Shown one piece after another: positions 24,228-37,200 of a stretch of 64,000 nucleotides of DNA. The DNA is from Octopus sinensis. Its lineage: Eukaryota. Where the stretch lies: contig NW_021832970.1 in the NCBI RefSeq assembly GCF_006345805.1, positions 1,270 to 65,269 on the forward strand, given 5' to 3'. The notes beneath the pieces were generated by a model, which saw only the letters and a list, made by a program, of their open reading frames with translations, was not told where the DNA came from and ran no database searches. Both the position numbers and the translations under genes were made by a program. Every line of letters starts with the position of its first letter. Within the stretch, counting starts at the first letter, position 1.

Positions 24228-24749
24228 CATACATATATACATACATATATACATATGCATACATACACATATAGATACATACATACATACATATATACAT
24301 ACATACATATACACATACATACATATATACATACATACATATATACATATATATATACATACATATATATATACATATATATACATACATATATATATAC
24401 ATACATATATACATACATACATATATACATACATGCATACATACATACATACATACATACATACATACATACATACATACATACATACATACATACATAC
24501 ATACATGTAATGTATGAAAATGTATGTCTGCATACATGTACGCACATACCTAAACACGCACACACACACATATATGTATGTATTTATGTATTTATGTATG
24601 TGTTCCATCTCAAATTTTATTTACTTTCCCAAGAAAAAAGAAACTTAAATATATATGCGTGCGTCTCCGTCTGTTTTGTATATACACACTCATACATCCT
24701 TACATATATACAAATGCATATACATATATACATACATATATATATATAT

Positions 24750-24789
<40 letters not shown>

Positions 24790-25002
24790 TACACACAACA
24801 CCGATCTATGTATATGTGCGTTGCGCATACACACACAACACACACACACACACACCACACACACACACATACCCCACACACATACACACATACAACACCA
24901 CCGATCTATGTATATGTGCGTTTGCGCATACACCCACACCACACACACACACACACCACACACCGATCTATGTATATGTGCGTTTGCGCGCATACACACA
25001 CA

Positions 25003-25036
<34 letters not shown>

Positions 25037-25100
25037 ACACACACACACATACAACACACACATACACACACACACCGATCTATGTATATGTGCGTTTGCG

Positions 25101-25149
<49 letters not shown>

Positions 25150-25264
25150 ACACATACACACCACCACCGATCTATGTATATGTGCGTTTGCGCATACCAC
25201 ACACACACACAACACACACACACACACACACACACACATCCATCTATGTATATGTGCGTTTGCG

Positions 25265-25300
<36 letters not shown>
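24140..25300. repeat. (TACA)n then a minisatellite of CCGATCTATGTATATGTGCGTTTGCGCATA units with variable (CA)n spacers
   Basis: Six unit copies at about 24801, 24901, 24963, 25075, 25167 and 25240. Confidence 0.9.
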
Positions 25301-25303
<3 letters not shown>

Positions 25304-25732
25304 TCCATACTTAACTTTTATTTACTTTCCCAAGAAAAAATATATAACTTCACAACTTGTGTTCTTTTCTGAAATTTATTGCAAAACTGATGTTTTCTTA
25401 AGTATTTTTTCTTTTAAACGAGCAAAACAAATAGATTTTATACTCCCTCACACTTTATACACCCTCACATTGTATACCCACGCACACCCTTCACACTCAC
25501 GCCCATACGCTTATGTACGTCCGTGCGCGAGCATCAAGTGTGTGTATGTGTGCTGGTGAGAAGGTGGGTGTGTTCGAAGCGCTGAATGTGTATGCGTGTG
25601 TGTGTATATATACATGTATATCTTGTATGTAAATAAATGCGTGAATATATGCACTTATTTTTATGGAAGTATATGCATATTTACACTCACCACACAGACA
25701 CAAACACAGGTACACACATACAGACATACAGG

Positions 25733-25776
<44 letters not shown>

Positions 25777-25935
25777 GTATACATATGTATATGTTTGCGT
25801 GTTTAAGTTGGTATATAAAAAAGATAGATGGGGATATAGATACATAGATAGACAGACAGAGAGAGAGAGAGAGAGAGAGAAAGAGACTGACAAACAGACA
25901 GACATTCAGATGGACAGACAGACTGACAGTCAGGC

Positions 25936-25997
<62 letters not shown>

Positions 25998-25999
<2 letters not shown>

Positions 26000-26210
26000 T
26001 TCTTTACTACCCACAAGGGGCTAAACATAGAGGGGACAAACAAGGACAGACAAAGGGACTAAGTCGATTACATCGGCCCCAGTGCGTAACTGGTTTTTAA
26101 TTTATCGACCCCGAAAGGATGAAAGGCAAAGTCGATCTCGGCGGAATTTGAACTCACAACGTAACGGCAGACGAAATACTGCTAAGCATTTCTCCCGACG
26201 TGCTAACGTT
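25998..26210 (-). mobile_element. SINE-A, 5'-truncated, tail abutting (GATA)n
   Basis: GATAGATTTCTTTACTACCCACAAGGGG junction. Confidence 0.9.
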
Positions 26211-26230
26211 TAGATAGTTAGAAAGATAGA

Positions 26231-26307
26231 ATGTTTCTTTATTAGCCACACAGGGCTGCACACAGATAGAACAAATTACAAGGTAGAGCTTTTCTTTTGA
26301 AGGTTTA
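26231..26307 (-). mobile_element. 77-bp LINE-like 3' end (…GTGTGGCTAATAAAGAAACAT), GATA-associated
   Basis: Identical to 41611-41687; may extend to ~26395 as a pyrimidine-rich UTR on the minus strand. Confidence 0.75.
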
Positions 26308-26394
26308 AAAAAAAGAAAAAAAAAAAAAAGGAAGGGGGAGTTTCGATCAAAAGGGATCGTAAAAGGAGAGAAAGAGGACAAAAAAAAAAAAGAT

Positions 26395-26435
<41 letters not shown>

Positions 26436-26630
26436 TAGATAGATAGACAGAGTCAGACAGACAGACAGACAGATAGTACATATGTGTTTTACATCAAAGA
26501 GGAGAAGAGTACTTGTAATAAGAAGAGAGTAACACACATTATATATTATAGCCGTCACCGACGAGCGAGGCTTTAAAACAGGTACCGTGTTTTCACCATT
26601 TACTTTAGATGCTTATGCTATCTGTAAGAA

Positions 26631-26945
26631 GGCGCATGGCTCAGTGGTTAGAGTTTCGAGCTTACGATCGTGAGGTTGTGAGTTCGATGACCGGACCGGG
26701 TTGCGTGTTGTGTTCTTGAGCAAGACACTTTATTTCACGTTGCTCCACTTCACTCAGCTGTAGAAATGAGTTGTGACGTCACTGGTGCCAAGCTGTATCG
26801 GCCCCTTTGCCTTTCCATTGGATAACATCGGTGGCGTGTGAAGCGGAGAGGCCGGTATGCATGAGCGACTGCTGGCCTTCCTCAAACAAACCTTGCCCGG
26901 TAGGTAACTTTCTAGGTACAATCCCATGGTCATTCGTGACCGAAA
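26631..26945 (+). mobile_element. SINE-B, full length
   Basis: GGCGCATGGCTCAGTGGTTAG head, GAGTTCGAT B-box, GTTGTGTTCTTGAGCAAGACAC core. Confidence 0.88.
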
Positions 26946-27479
26946 GGGTCTCCTCAAGAGGACGCCTTCTCAGACACCTTGTCAGCTTCTCACCCTTGTC
27001 AAACCGGAACATCCAAGGGATGACAATTGGAAATGAAGAGGGCTATACCAACATCCAGCAGGTATTCATTATAGCTGAGTACACAGGAACAACGCAAAAT
27101 GAGGTCCTTTGCCCAAAGACATACCGCACAGTAACATCCAAGAATTGACCCCATGACTTTATGGTGTGGTAAGAATCTTGCTTCCTAACTAGATGGTCCC
27201 GGGTTCCGTCCTGCTGCGTAGCGCCTTGGACAAGTGTCTTCTGCTATAGCCATGGGCCAACCAATGCTTTGTGAGAGGATTTAATAGACGGAAACTGAAA
27301 GAAGCCCGTTGTATATTCATGTGTATGTGTGTGTGTGTGTTTGTGTACGTACGTTTGTATATACGTGTGTGTATGTGTGTGTGTTTACGCATGTATGTGT
27401 TTGTGCGTACGTATGTATGCACATGTGTATGTGTGTGTGTGTGTGTGTATGTGTGTGTAATGCAAATTAGTTAGAATGA

Positions 27480-27980
27480 GGACACTATGTGTTAGCGCGA
27501 CTTGCTACAATTAGCAGTTAAATCTCTTTCAAATCAAACACTGACATCTTAAGAAGGACAGACTGGATAACATGGTTCTGGATTCTTTACACTCAAGAAA
27601 AAGATGGAATGGTCACAGCTGGAATGTCTTCGTTCATAGGACTTCTCAATTAGGGTTGACGTGGAGACTTAACAACACCAACGATAACAAGTAGATGGAA
27701 TATAGGGATAAAGAAAGGAAAGAGAGAGAGAGAGGGTGGGAGAGAGACAGACAGACAGAAGTGGTGAGTGAGAGAGAGAGGAAGAGAGGAAGATTCAGCA
27801 TGACACAGAATGTGACAAAGCTGGCCCTTTGAAACAGGTACAACTCAATTTTGCCAACTTAGTGGACTGGAGTAACCTGAAATAAAGTGTGTTGCTCAAG
27901 GGCGTAATGCATCACCGGGTATCGAACTCACGATCTTACGATCGTAAGCCGAATACCCTAATCACTAAGCCCCGTGCCAT
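27480..27980 (-). mobile_element. SINE-B-type element with long tail, microsatellite-interrupted
   Basis: Head reverse complement at 27880-27980 (GTTGCTCAAGGGCGTAATGC, ATCGAACTC, ATCACTAAGCC). Confidence 0.7.
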
Positions 27981-28029
27981 CACCATTTTTCCGATATAAA
28001 GGCACTGTAAGACAACCCCTCCCTCTCTT

Positions 28030-29260
28030 TCGTCATCTTTCTCTACAAATGCTACTTGAAGAAGTTGATAAGAGTTGATAGAAAGTTGCTACCTTCAAAC
28101 CTTTCAGACAAGTCTACCACACAACCTATTTCGGCACAACTATCAGGCAGAGAAAGATTTGCCTCTCTTTCCTTCTAAAGGGAATGGTGCGTTGACCTTC
28201 ACTACAGATTCGGTAGAAAGCCGGATTCGTCCTACATGTAACGTCAGCCCACAAATCTATTTCTTTACTACCCACAAGGGGCTAAACAGAGAGAGGACAA
28301 ACAAGGACAGACAAACAGATTAAGTCGATTACATCGACCCCAGTGCGTAACTGGTACTTAATTTATCGACCACGAAAGGATGAAAGGCAAAGTCGACCTC
28401 GGCGGAATTTGAACTCAGAACGTAACGGCAGATGAAATACGCCTACGCATTTCGCCCGACGTGCTAACGTTTCTGCCAGCTCGCCGCCTTAATCACTATC
28501 AGCCCACAAATCACTATTGCACGGATTCCAATGATGGCGTGCAAACCGTTTTCGTCAATTTGCATGCATCTCGAACAAGTTCGGTTATTAACACTTCCGT
28601 ACCTGAAGAACGTTTCCCTGCAACACTGCTATGCCAAGGATTTGTGGAAGTTGTTTGTAGTCTTCCAGACGAGCCTATTCCGACTGTGCCAGTAGTTGCT
28701 CAGAATCAATCTCAGGCAATCATGGCTGATACTGTTAATTACCCGCCGTCTAAAGAAATTTAGAGTAATTTCCTGCTGACCTTTTTGACTAGTTTCTACA
28801 ATGCTATGAGCGCCTGGAAACATTTTAGGTGTCAAAAGCACAATCTTGGTTTACGCTTGATCCAGCACTGCCACTCTGTCAAAGAGACAAGCTACGGAAA
28901 GACGTGTCGCACGAGACATCCACATCAGTTTTCACTCGGTTTCACCATCGTCGTTAACACTACCGCAGTGATCTAGATATTTCTGCAGGTGTTGCAACTT
29001 CAATGCATGTCAGTGCATCCTCAAGGACGGCACCTTGAGACCATCTTGAAGTGGGTGTCGACAGCAGATGGACTTCCTGACCAGCGGAACCTGCCCCCCC
29101 CCCACGACCCATGTCCGCAGATCATTAACCACAAGATTTCGGGTCGTCTTTGCAGAGGGTACTGGTACCAGACGGCTCAACTAGACAGCGAAACTTGTCC
29201 CTGGCAGACATTCCTATCAAGTTTGATATGGCCTGGATAAAAACATTGCGATCAAATTGT
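28030..29260 (-). mobile_element. L1/Tx1-clade ORF2 C-terminal fragment (post-RT region and Cys-rich zinc knuckle)
   Basis: GQVPLVRKSICCRHPL, HALKLQHLQ, LVSLTEWQCWIKRKPR, NNFHKSLA, TCSRCMQIDENGLHAII, VGRIRLSTES, FLCLIVVPK*VVW*TCLKGLK; its 5' truncation point lies next to (GATA)n at 29275-29370. Confidence 0.7.
28258..28492 (-). mobile_element. SINE-A, full length, nested in the Tx1-like ORF2
   Basis: TCAGCCCACAAATC is duplicated at 28244-28257 and 28499-28512 (14-bp TSD-like, with a few extra bases). Confidence 0.92.
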
Positions 29261-29276
29261 GATACAGGCAGACAGT

Positions 29277-29367
<91 letters not shown>

Positions 29368-29449
29368 TAGTTTATTGAAACTAAATATTAACCTCGTGAA
29401 TCGATTTTCACGCCATTAGGATCGTCAGTTCAATAACAAATTAAAAGCA

Positions 29450-29622
29450 GCGCACATATCGAATTTAATCTTTTGATTATCGACCGCACATATTCAATTT
29501 ACTCTTACGATTACCGATCGCACATATTGAATTAAATCTTTTGATTATCGACCGCATATATAGAATTTAATCTTTTGATTATCGTCTGCACACACTGAAT
29601 TTACTCTTACGTAATTATCGCC
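29450..29622. repeat. ~34-bp minisatellite, five copies in two variants
   Basis: GCACATATYGAATTTAATCTTTTGATTATCGACC alternating with a ...TTTACTCTTACGATTA... variant. Confidence 0.85.
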
Positions 29623-29961
29623 GTGGTATACCAGCAAATAATTTTTACACTATTTATATATAGTCATAGACTGGAGATTCGATTCAGGTACAGCCTGTTG
29701 ATAAGCCATAAAAATGACGAAATATCCTGAATGGGATTAAAGGCGAATACTCTCGCCTGTCTATGACTTTCAGATGTTTCGGCGTCTGAGGGAGTTGTCC
29801 CCGGAGCGCTATACCTCAGCGAGCCGGCGAACATACAAAACACATAGATTGAGTATGTGTGGTCGATAATATATATAAATATATATATAGGTCGAACATC
29901 ATAGCATATCAACATATACATATATTATGCATTATATATCATATATGTATATGCATTTGTA

Positions 29962-30335
29962 TCTCTCTATATATAAACGGCAAAATGTCTGTCTGTGTGT
30001 GTGTCCTTTATACAAATCTACAATTTTTCAGTTAGAAGGGCTCAAACTTTCTATGGTCATTCAAAACCGTCCAAGGGTGGTCGTGCACATCTTTACATTT
30101 CTTCAGTCACCCCTCAAAGCCATTAAAAGACCAATAGAAGTGACTTTTTTGTGAATTTTCTATCCAAAAGCCAATCAAAATGCCCGAAACTTGATACGCC
30201 AATTGAATGTCAGCTAGCTGTATGTGATTGGTCGGAGATTTGGACAGTACTCGCGGTGTGTATGTGCGCTCGCACGCAGCTGTATATATGCATGCAATAG
30301 CACTTTGACCCGGCAACGCCGGGTCATAGTGCTAG
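29962..30335 (+). mobile_element. Non-autonomous Helitron (~370 bp)
   Basis: 5' A|TCTCTCTATATATAAA; 3' hairpin GCACTTTGACCCGGC-AAC-GCCGGGTCATAGTGC (30300-30332) ending CTAG|T; inserted between A and T with no TSD. Confidence 0.85.
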
Positions 30336-30673
30336 TATATATATATATAGATATATATATCTATATATATATATATATAATATGCATGTGTGTATATCTA
30401 TGAGTATATATATATATATAATTAATATATATATATATATTATATATATATATATATATATGTATACATATGTATGTATTATGTATGTACATATGCGTGT
30501 GTATGCCCATAATACATACATGCATACACGTCAAGCCCAAAATTATATCAATAACGCGTAAAACCTATGAAGGCATGTAGGTATATATGTCAAGCAGCTA
30601 TATATGTCATGTGAGGCAACTCTATTTATGTATGTACACAACACACACACACACAAACACCACACCCACACAC

Positions 30674-30715
<42 letters not shown>

Positions 30716-31189
30716 ATATATATAATAATATATATATATAATACCTCATACACCACATATATGTGTGTCAGGCCATATACTATGTGTGTATATATATTAA
30801 CAACACGTTATTGACATTCCTAGAAGCACGTGTGGATATCTCGCCGTCAATGTTTATTTTAGTGACATGAGTGTGTGTATGTGTGTGTGTATATGTGTGT
30901 GTGTGTATATGCCTGTTATCTATAAATGTATTCTATGCGTATTAAGGTTTTTATTCATGTGTGTATGTATGTACTTGTTCGCACGTATGTGTGTGTGTGT
31001 GTTCTTGTGTATGTGTGAGTGAAAGCTTGCGTGTGTGTGAGAGAGAGAGATGATATTTGGTTGATAACTGATTAAGGATGGAGCTAGTCCACGTCCATTG
31101 TGTGTGTGTGTGTATGGTTATTTTTCCTGTTATTTTCCTGTTTTTCCGTATGTTACTTCGTCGTCCCCATGAATCGTATTTATATTAAT

Positions 31190-31199
31190 ACACACCACC

Positions 31200-31236
<37 letters not shown>

Positions 31237-31963
31237 CATATACATATACATATATATACATATACATATAATATATATACATACTATACATATAATATAT
31301 ATACATTATATATATATATACTATACATATATATATATATATATAATATGCATATACATATATATATATATAATATACATTATATATATATACATTACAT
31401 ATAGGCATATATATACATATATATATATACATATATAATTTCAACAATGAGGGTAAAAATAATAATTAATTAATCATTTCACCAAGTATTCAGTATGCAA
31501 AGGGACATTTAGGCAAATTCAAAATTATTATACATATAATTTCTTGAGTTGAATGAGCAAACACTATATGAGAGAGTTTCTTTAGTGTTAGAATAGTTTT
31601 TTTAGCTGCGATTTCTAACGAGTTCAGTATGCGGCATATAGTAATTTATTTTACTAAGCCCTTTTATATAATATACATATATATATATATAATACATACA
31701 TATACTATATATACATATACATATAGACATACATATACATAATATATACATATACATATAGACATATACATATATATATATATATACATATACTATAGAC
31801 ATATACATATACATCTATATATACATATACATATAGACAATACATATATATATATATATACTATACATATAATATACATATACATATAGACATATACATA
31901 TACATATATATATATACATATACATATATATATACATATATATATATATATACATATATATAC

Positions 31964-31995
<32 letters not shown>

Positions 31996-32065
31996 ATATA
32001 TTATACATATATACATATACATATACATATACATATATATACATATATACACATATATACATATA

Positions 32066-32105
<40 letters not shown>
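31190..32105. repeat. (TA)n/(TACA)n microsatellites enclosing an AT-rich repeat fragment (31440-31665)
   Basis: The fragment start AATGAGGGTAAAAAT..AATTAATT..CACCAAGTA matches 53278-53330. Confidence 0.75.
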
Positions 32106-32107
<2 letters not shown>

Positions 32108-32462
32108 ATATGTGTGTGTTAATGTAATGTATTTATATTATATAAAGTGAGTGTTGGTAACGTTTCGCAAAAATATGTTTGTAATATCCGTTATTAACCT
32201 GAAAAACAACATTTGTACAGAAATTCCCATAACGTAGCAGGAAGTAGTTGAAGCCGAAAATATCCGGGTTGGGTGTTATCCTGTGACGGAGGAGTCACCC
32301 AAGGGACAGAGGGTGACGCAAAACAGAGTGATTGATTAAGTTATACCACCCAAAACCAGGAGCGGTTCCTCAGTGTATAACCCCACTGAATTTCACAAGG
32401 CTGTGTTAGATATGTGAAAGAGCGTGGCCTAGCGGTTAAGGGTGTTGCATTCAAGATCTTGT

Positions 32463-32762
32463 GGAGGCACATGGCCTAGTGGTTAGAGCAGCGGACTCGC
32501 GGTCGAGGGATCACGGGTTCGAATCTCAGACTGTGCGATATGTGTGTTTATGAGCGAAATAGCTAAGCTCCACGCGTCTCCGGCAGAAGGTAATGGCGAA
32601 CTTCTGCTGACTCTTTCGCCACAACCTTCTCTCACTCTTACCTCATGCATCTTGCAGCTCACCTGCGACGGACCGGCGTCCCGTCCAGGTGGGGAACCTA
32701 TACGCCAAGGAAACCAGGAAACCGGCCCTTATGAACCAGGCATGGCCCGAGAAGGAACAAAT
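32463..32762 (+). mobile_element. SINE-B-related tRNA SINE, full length
   Basis: GGCACATGGCCTAGTGGTTAGAGCAGCGGACTCGCG head, GGGTTCGAATCTC B-box, tail GGCCCTTATGAACCAGGCATGGC. Confidence 0.85.
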
Positions 32763-33280
32763 AATTCACGATCTTGCGATCGTGGCTTGGATTCTCAGAC
32801 TAACGATGCGTCGTGTTCTTGAGCAAAGCACTTCATTTACAGTCCATGCAGTTGTGAGTAACCGCGTGACCCTGTGCCGGACTGGCGTCCCATTCCAGGG
32901 GCGTGTTGTGAATTTTCGGTCACTTACATGTCATAGGCCTTCTCGCTCTAACTGATGAGGTGAAGACAATTGAATGTAACGAAACGCATTGTGACCAGCG
33001 GTGTATAACAATATCCGATAGTCAGATCGATACAGAAATACAGCAACGATAAAATATATTTGGTGAAAACGTAGTGCAGTGTAATGGAACACGAAACCAC
33101 GTTGTTTCGAAGCGAATATCTTAACCACACAGCCATGAAACGACTTTACCTTTCATCTTATCTGTTCCTGTTTGTTTCTGTTTGTTGTAGTTTGGGCCTT
33201 TAAGGTAGAATTTCAATCGGCACATTTTGTTTGGAGGGGGACGAAAGAAGGAAGGGGCCATGAATATTAGAAACGGGTTT

Positions 33281-33705
33281 AAGGCGGCGAGCTGGCAGAA
33301 TCGTTAGCACGCCGGGCGAAATGCTTAGCGATATTTCGTCTGCCGCTACGTTCTGAGTTCAAATTCCGCCGAGGTCGATTTTGCCTTTCATCCTTTCGGG
33401 GTCGATAAATTAAGTACCAGTTACGCACTGGGGTCGATGTAATCGAGTTAATCCGTTTGTCTGTCCTTGTTTGTCCCCTCTATGTTTAGCTCCTTGTGGG
33501 CAATAAAGAAATAAGAATCGTTAACACGCCGGGCGAAATGTTTAGTGGTATTTCGTCTGTCTTTATGTTCTGAGTTCAAATTCCGCCGAGGTTGACTTTG
33601 CCTTTCAACCTTTCGGGGTCGATAAATTAAGTACCAGTTGTGTACTCCGGTCGATCTAATCGACTGGTTCCCTCCCCCCAAATTTGTGCCTAGAGCAGAA
33701 AAAAA
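33281..33705 (+). mobile_element. SINE-A dimer (young tail unit plus headless older unit)
   Basis: Junction AATAAAGAAATA|AGAATCGTTAACACG at 33513/33514. Confidence 0.9.
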
Positions 33706-34095
33706 TATCTGTGGTGGTCGTAGTTTTTGTCACTATCGTCGTTATGTTCCGATCAACCGTTTTGAATTATACTAAGGATCAATGACACCCCAGCTGTAAC
33801 TGAGTTTTTTTCCTTTTCTTTTTTATTCTTTTTACTTTTCTATTGACAATTTACAATTTAACATATTACGTTAGGTTCTATTTAAGGAATATTTGGATAC
33901 TATTTCTAACAGGTCGAGTGAGCGTATAAATTAGTTGAGATTATAAATTAAGAAACTTTCGTAGTTTCGAACCTGCAAGCACCGTTTCGACAAATTTATC
34001 CTTCAATAACACTTTTAATTCTATAAACTTTTAAATGATTCTAACCAAGATTCAACTGGTTATGTGATAAAAGATTAGTAATGTTTGTCATCGTT

Positions 34096-34475
34096 AAGGC
34101 GGCGAGCTGGCAGAAACATTAGCACGCCGGGCGAAATGCGTAGCCGAATTTCGTCTGCCGTTACGTTCTGAGTTCAAATTCCGCTGAGGTCTACTTTGCC
34201 TTTCATCCTTTCGGGTCGTACTGGGGTCGATATAATCGACTTAATCCCTTTGTCTGTCCTTGTTTGTCCTCTGTGTTCAGCCCCTTGTGGGTAGTAAAGA
34301 AATAGGTATTTCGTCTGCCGTTACGTTCTGTGTTCAAATTCTGCCGAGGTCGACTTTGCCTTTCACCCTTTAGGGGTTGATAAATTAAATTCCAGTTACG
34401 TACAGTGATCGATCTAATCGACTGGACCCCCTCCCCCAAAAATTTAGGGACTTGTACCTAGAGTAGAAAAGAATA
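34096..34475 (+). mobile_element. SINE-A dimer
   Basis: Junction AGTAAAGAAATA|GGTATTTCGTCTGCCG at 34304/34305. Confidence 0.9.
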
Positions 34476-34497
34476 TCTATCATCGTTTTTTTAAGAT

Positions 34498-34650
34498 ATT
34501 GCTTCTCAATCGGGGTTCATCTGACCCTTAGAGGGCCATATAAAATTTCTGTTGTTAAATTTTACACGTCATAAGTTGATTATACTTCAATACAAGAAAT
34601 ATTTTATTTTTTTAATATGATTCCTAATAATATTACAAAAATAATAATAT
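34498..34650 (+). mobile_element. Possible hAT-type MITE end, decayed
   Basis: TTGCTTCTCAATCGGGGTTCATCTGACCCTTAGAGGGCCAT resembles CAGTGGTTCTCAACCGGGG-type termini; no partner end found. Confidence 0.3.
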
Positions 34651-34803
34651 TGCAAAAATAAAAATATAGGCACAGGCGTGGCTGTGTGGTAAGAAGCTCG
34701 CTTCACACCTTGTTCCGGGTTCACACCTTGGGCAAATGTGTTCTATTATTGTCTCGGGCAGGCAGACAGACAGACAGGCAGATAGGCAGACAGATAGGCA
34801 GAC

Positions 34804-34865
<62 letters not shown>

Positions 34866-35080
34866 AGAGAGAGAGAAAGAGAGGAAGAGGCAGACAGACA
34901 GAGCGATGGATGGACGGATAAAAAAACTGACAGTTAGAGAGACAGATACAGAGATAGAGAGAGAGAAAGAAAGAGAGAGACAGAATGAGAGAGACGGACA
35001 GACAAGGCAGAGTGACGGACAAACAGATGAAAAGAATAGATAAATAGATAGATAGATAAATAGATAGATAGATAGATAAG

Positions 35081-35116
<36 letters not shown>

Positions 35117-35283
35117 AAAATAGATAGGTTGATAGTGAAAAACAGAAAGTGGACCAAATTTCGAAAGGAAGGAAAAATACAGAAAACCAAAGAAGCAAGA
35201 AGAAGAAATAAATGAAAGAAAGAATAAGGAGGATGATGATATCGGGAAATAAAACTGATAGAGTTTATATCTATATGATATAT

Positions 35284-35318
<35 letters not shown>

Positions 35319-35404
35319 GGATAAAAACGAAAAAGAAAGTGAAAGTAAGGCAATAGCAAACCGTGACAACGTGAGTTAATGGAGTGAGAATGAACGATAC
35401 ATGT

Positions 35405-35554
35405 ATGTGTGGTACGAAGCTGCTTCCCAATCAACATGGTTCCAGGTTCAGTCCCAATACGTGGCACTTTGAGCAAATTTCTTCTACTATAGCCTCGAGC
35501 CGACCAAAGTCTTGTGAGTAGATTTTGGTAGATGGAAACTGAAAAAAGCCCGTC

Positions 35555-35588
<34 letters not shown>

Positions 35589-35800
35589 TTGTGTCTGCGT
35601 GTCTTTGTGTTTGTTCTCCCAACACCGCTTGACAACCGGTGTTGGTGTGTTTACGTCCCCCTAAACGGTTCGGCCAAAAAAGCCGATAACCTAAGTACCG
35701 GTCTCTAAAAAATGAATCCTGGGGTCGATTTGTACGACTAAAACACTTCAAGGCGGTATCCCAGCATGGCCGCAGTCAAATGATGGAAACAAGTAAAATA
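35405..35800 (+). mobile_element. SINE-C
   Basis: CTTTGAGCAAAT core, GGAAACTGAAAAAAGCCCGTCG, CCCAGCATGGCCGCAGTCAAATGA tail. Confidence 0.85.
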
Positions 35801-36054
35801 TAAAAATAAAAATATGTGGGTGCATGTGTGTGTGTGTGCGTGTGTATGTGTATGTATGTGTGTGTGTGTATTTGTGTCTGTGTTTGTCCCCCACGACCGC
35901 TTGACAACCGGTTCGGTAAAACAGACCCATAGCATAAGTACCAGGTTTTAAAAATGAAAGCCCTAGGGTCGAATCATTTCACAAAAAGTTTGCCAAGGTA
36001 GTACCCCAGCATGGCCGCAGCCAAATGACTGAAACATGCACATGTGTGTGTGTG

Positions 36055-36098
<44 letters not shown>

Positions 36099-36465
36099 GG
36101 GCAAAGGCGTGGCTGTGTGGTTAAGAAGCCACGCGGTTTCGTATTCGGATCTGCGTGACGCCTTGAGTAAGTGTCTTCTATAGCGTCGGGCTGACCAAAG
36201 CTTTGTGAATGAATTTGGTAATCGGAAACTGCGTGGAATCCCGTCGTACATATGTGTGCCTGTCTGTCTGTGTCTGTGTGTGTGCGTATTTGTCTCCACT
36301 CCATCAACAGTGTTGATTTGCTTATGTCCCCGTGACCTAGCGTTTCGGCAAAAGACCGACTGAATAAGTATTAGGCTTAAAAAAAATAAGTTAATGAGCC
36401 GATTTGTTCGAGTAAAAACCCTCCACAGCATGGTCACAGTCCGATGACTGACAAAAATAAAAATA
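36099..36465 (+). mobile_element. SINE-C, diverged
   Basis: GGCGTGGCTGTGTGG head, CCTTGAGTAAGTGTC core, CAGCATGGTCACAGTCCGATGACTGA tail. Confidence 0.8.
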
Positions 36466-36469
36466 CAAG

Positions 36470-36517
<48 letters not shown>

Positions 36518-36519
<2 letters not shown>

Positions 36520-36731
36520 CAACAAGGATATCCAGAGTTAATGCAGTACGATCGTTTCACGCAACTCCATTTAATTGAACAATGCTACCATTACATCAAT
36601 TTAAATGCAAAGCAATCCTCAGCTGCACAAAGACATATAATTTAATTAAATTAAAATAGATGGACACATTACTATTAAATGAGGTTGCGTGAAACGATCG
36701 TACTGCATTACCTCTGGATATCCTTGTTGCT
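36518..36731. mobile_element. MITE with ~58-bp TIRs and TA target duplication
   Basis: TA|AGCAACAAGGATATCCAGAGTTAATGCAGTACGATCGTTTCACGCAAC... and ...GTTGCGTGAAACGATCGTACTGCATTACCTCTGGATATCCTTGTTGCT|TA; about 3 mismatches between arms. Confidence 0.88.
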
Positions 36732-37040
36732 TATTTTGATTCTAATCACCTTATTTTGAAATTGTATGGATAATACCGTACTAAATTCTGATGCCTCAAC
36801 TTAAGTACCATATTCATCTGAATCTAAATTTTTGTATATATATATATATACATACAAACATACATACATACATACATACAGCCGGGTACGTCTTCCGTGA
36901 GGAGTGGTAAACAATTCACAAAACGGTCCATCAGTAGAATCAACCACCTCTTTTTTGGCCACGCGTCCAATAGCATAGAAAGTTGTGATTTACGCTGTTG
37001 TGCATTATGTATGTGTATGTGTGCATATTAATATTGCACT

Positions 37041-37074
<34 letters not shown>

Positions 37075-37159
37075 ATATTATATATATATATATAGGTACG
37101 AAACTCTCGGTCCTTAGTCACTCTAACTTCTGTTATTTATTGAATATACACACACCGAT

Positions 37160-37200
<41 letters not shown>

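Noticed and set aside
24790-25300. CRISPR-like array of constant repeats and spacers
   Set aside because: The spacers are (CA)n microsatellite of unequal length, there are no cas genes, and the context is eukaryotic.
24255-25559. 434-aa ORF and similar [12 protein letters not shown] ORFs throughout
   Set aside because: Stop-free frames of di- and tetranucleotide repeats.
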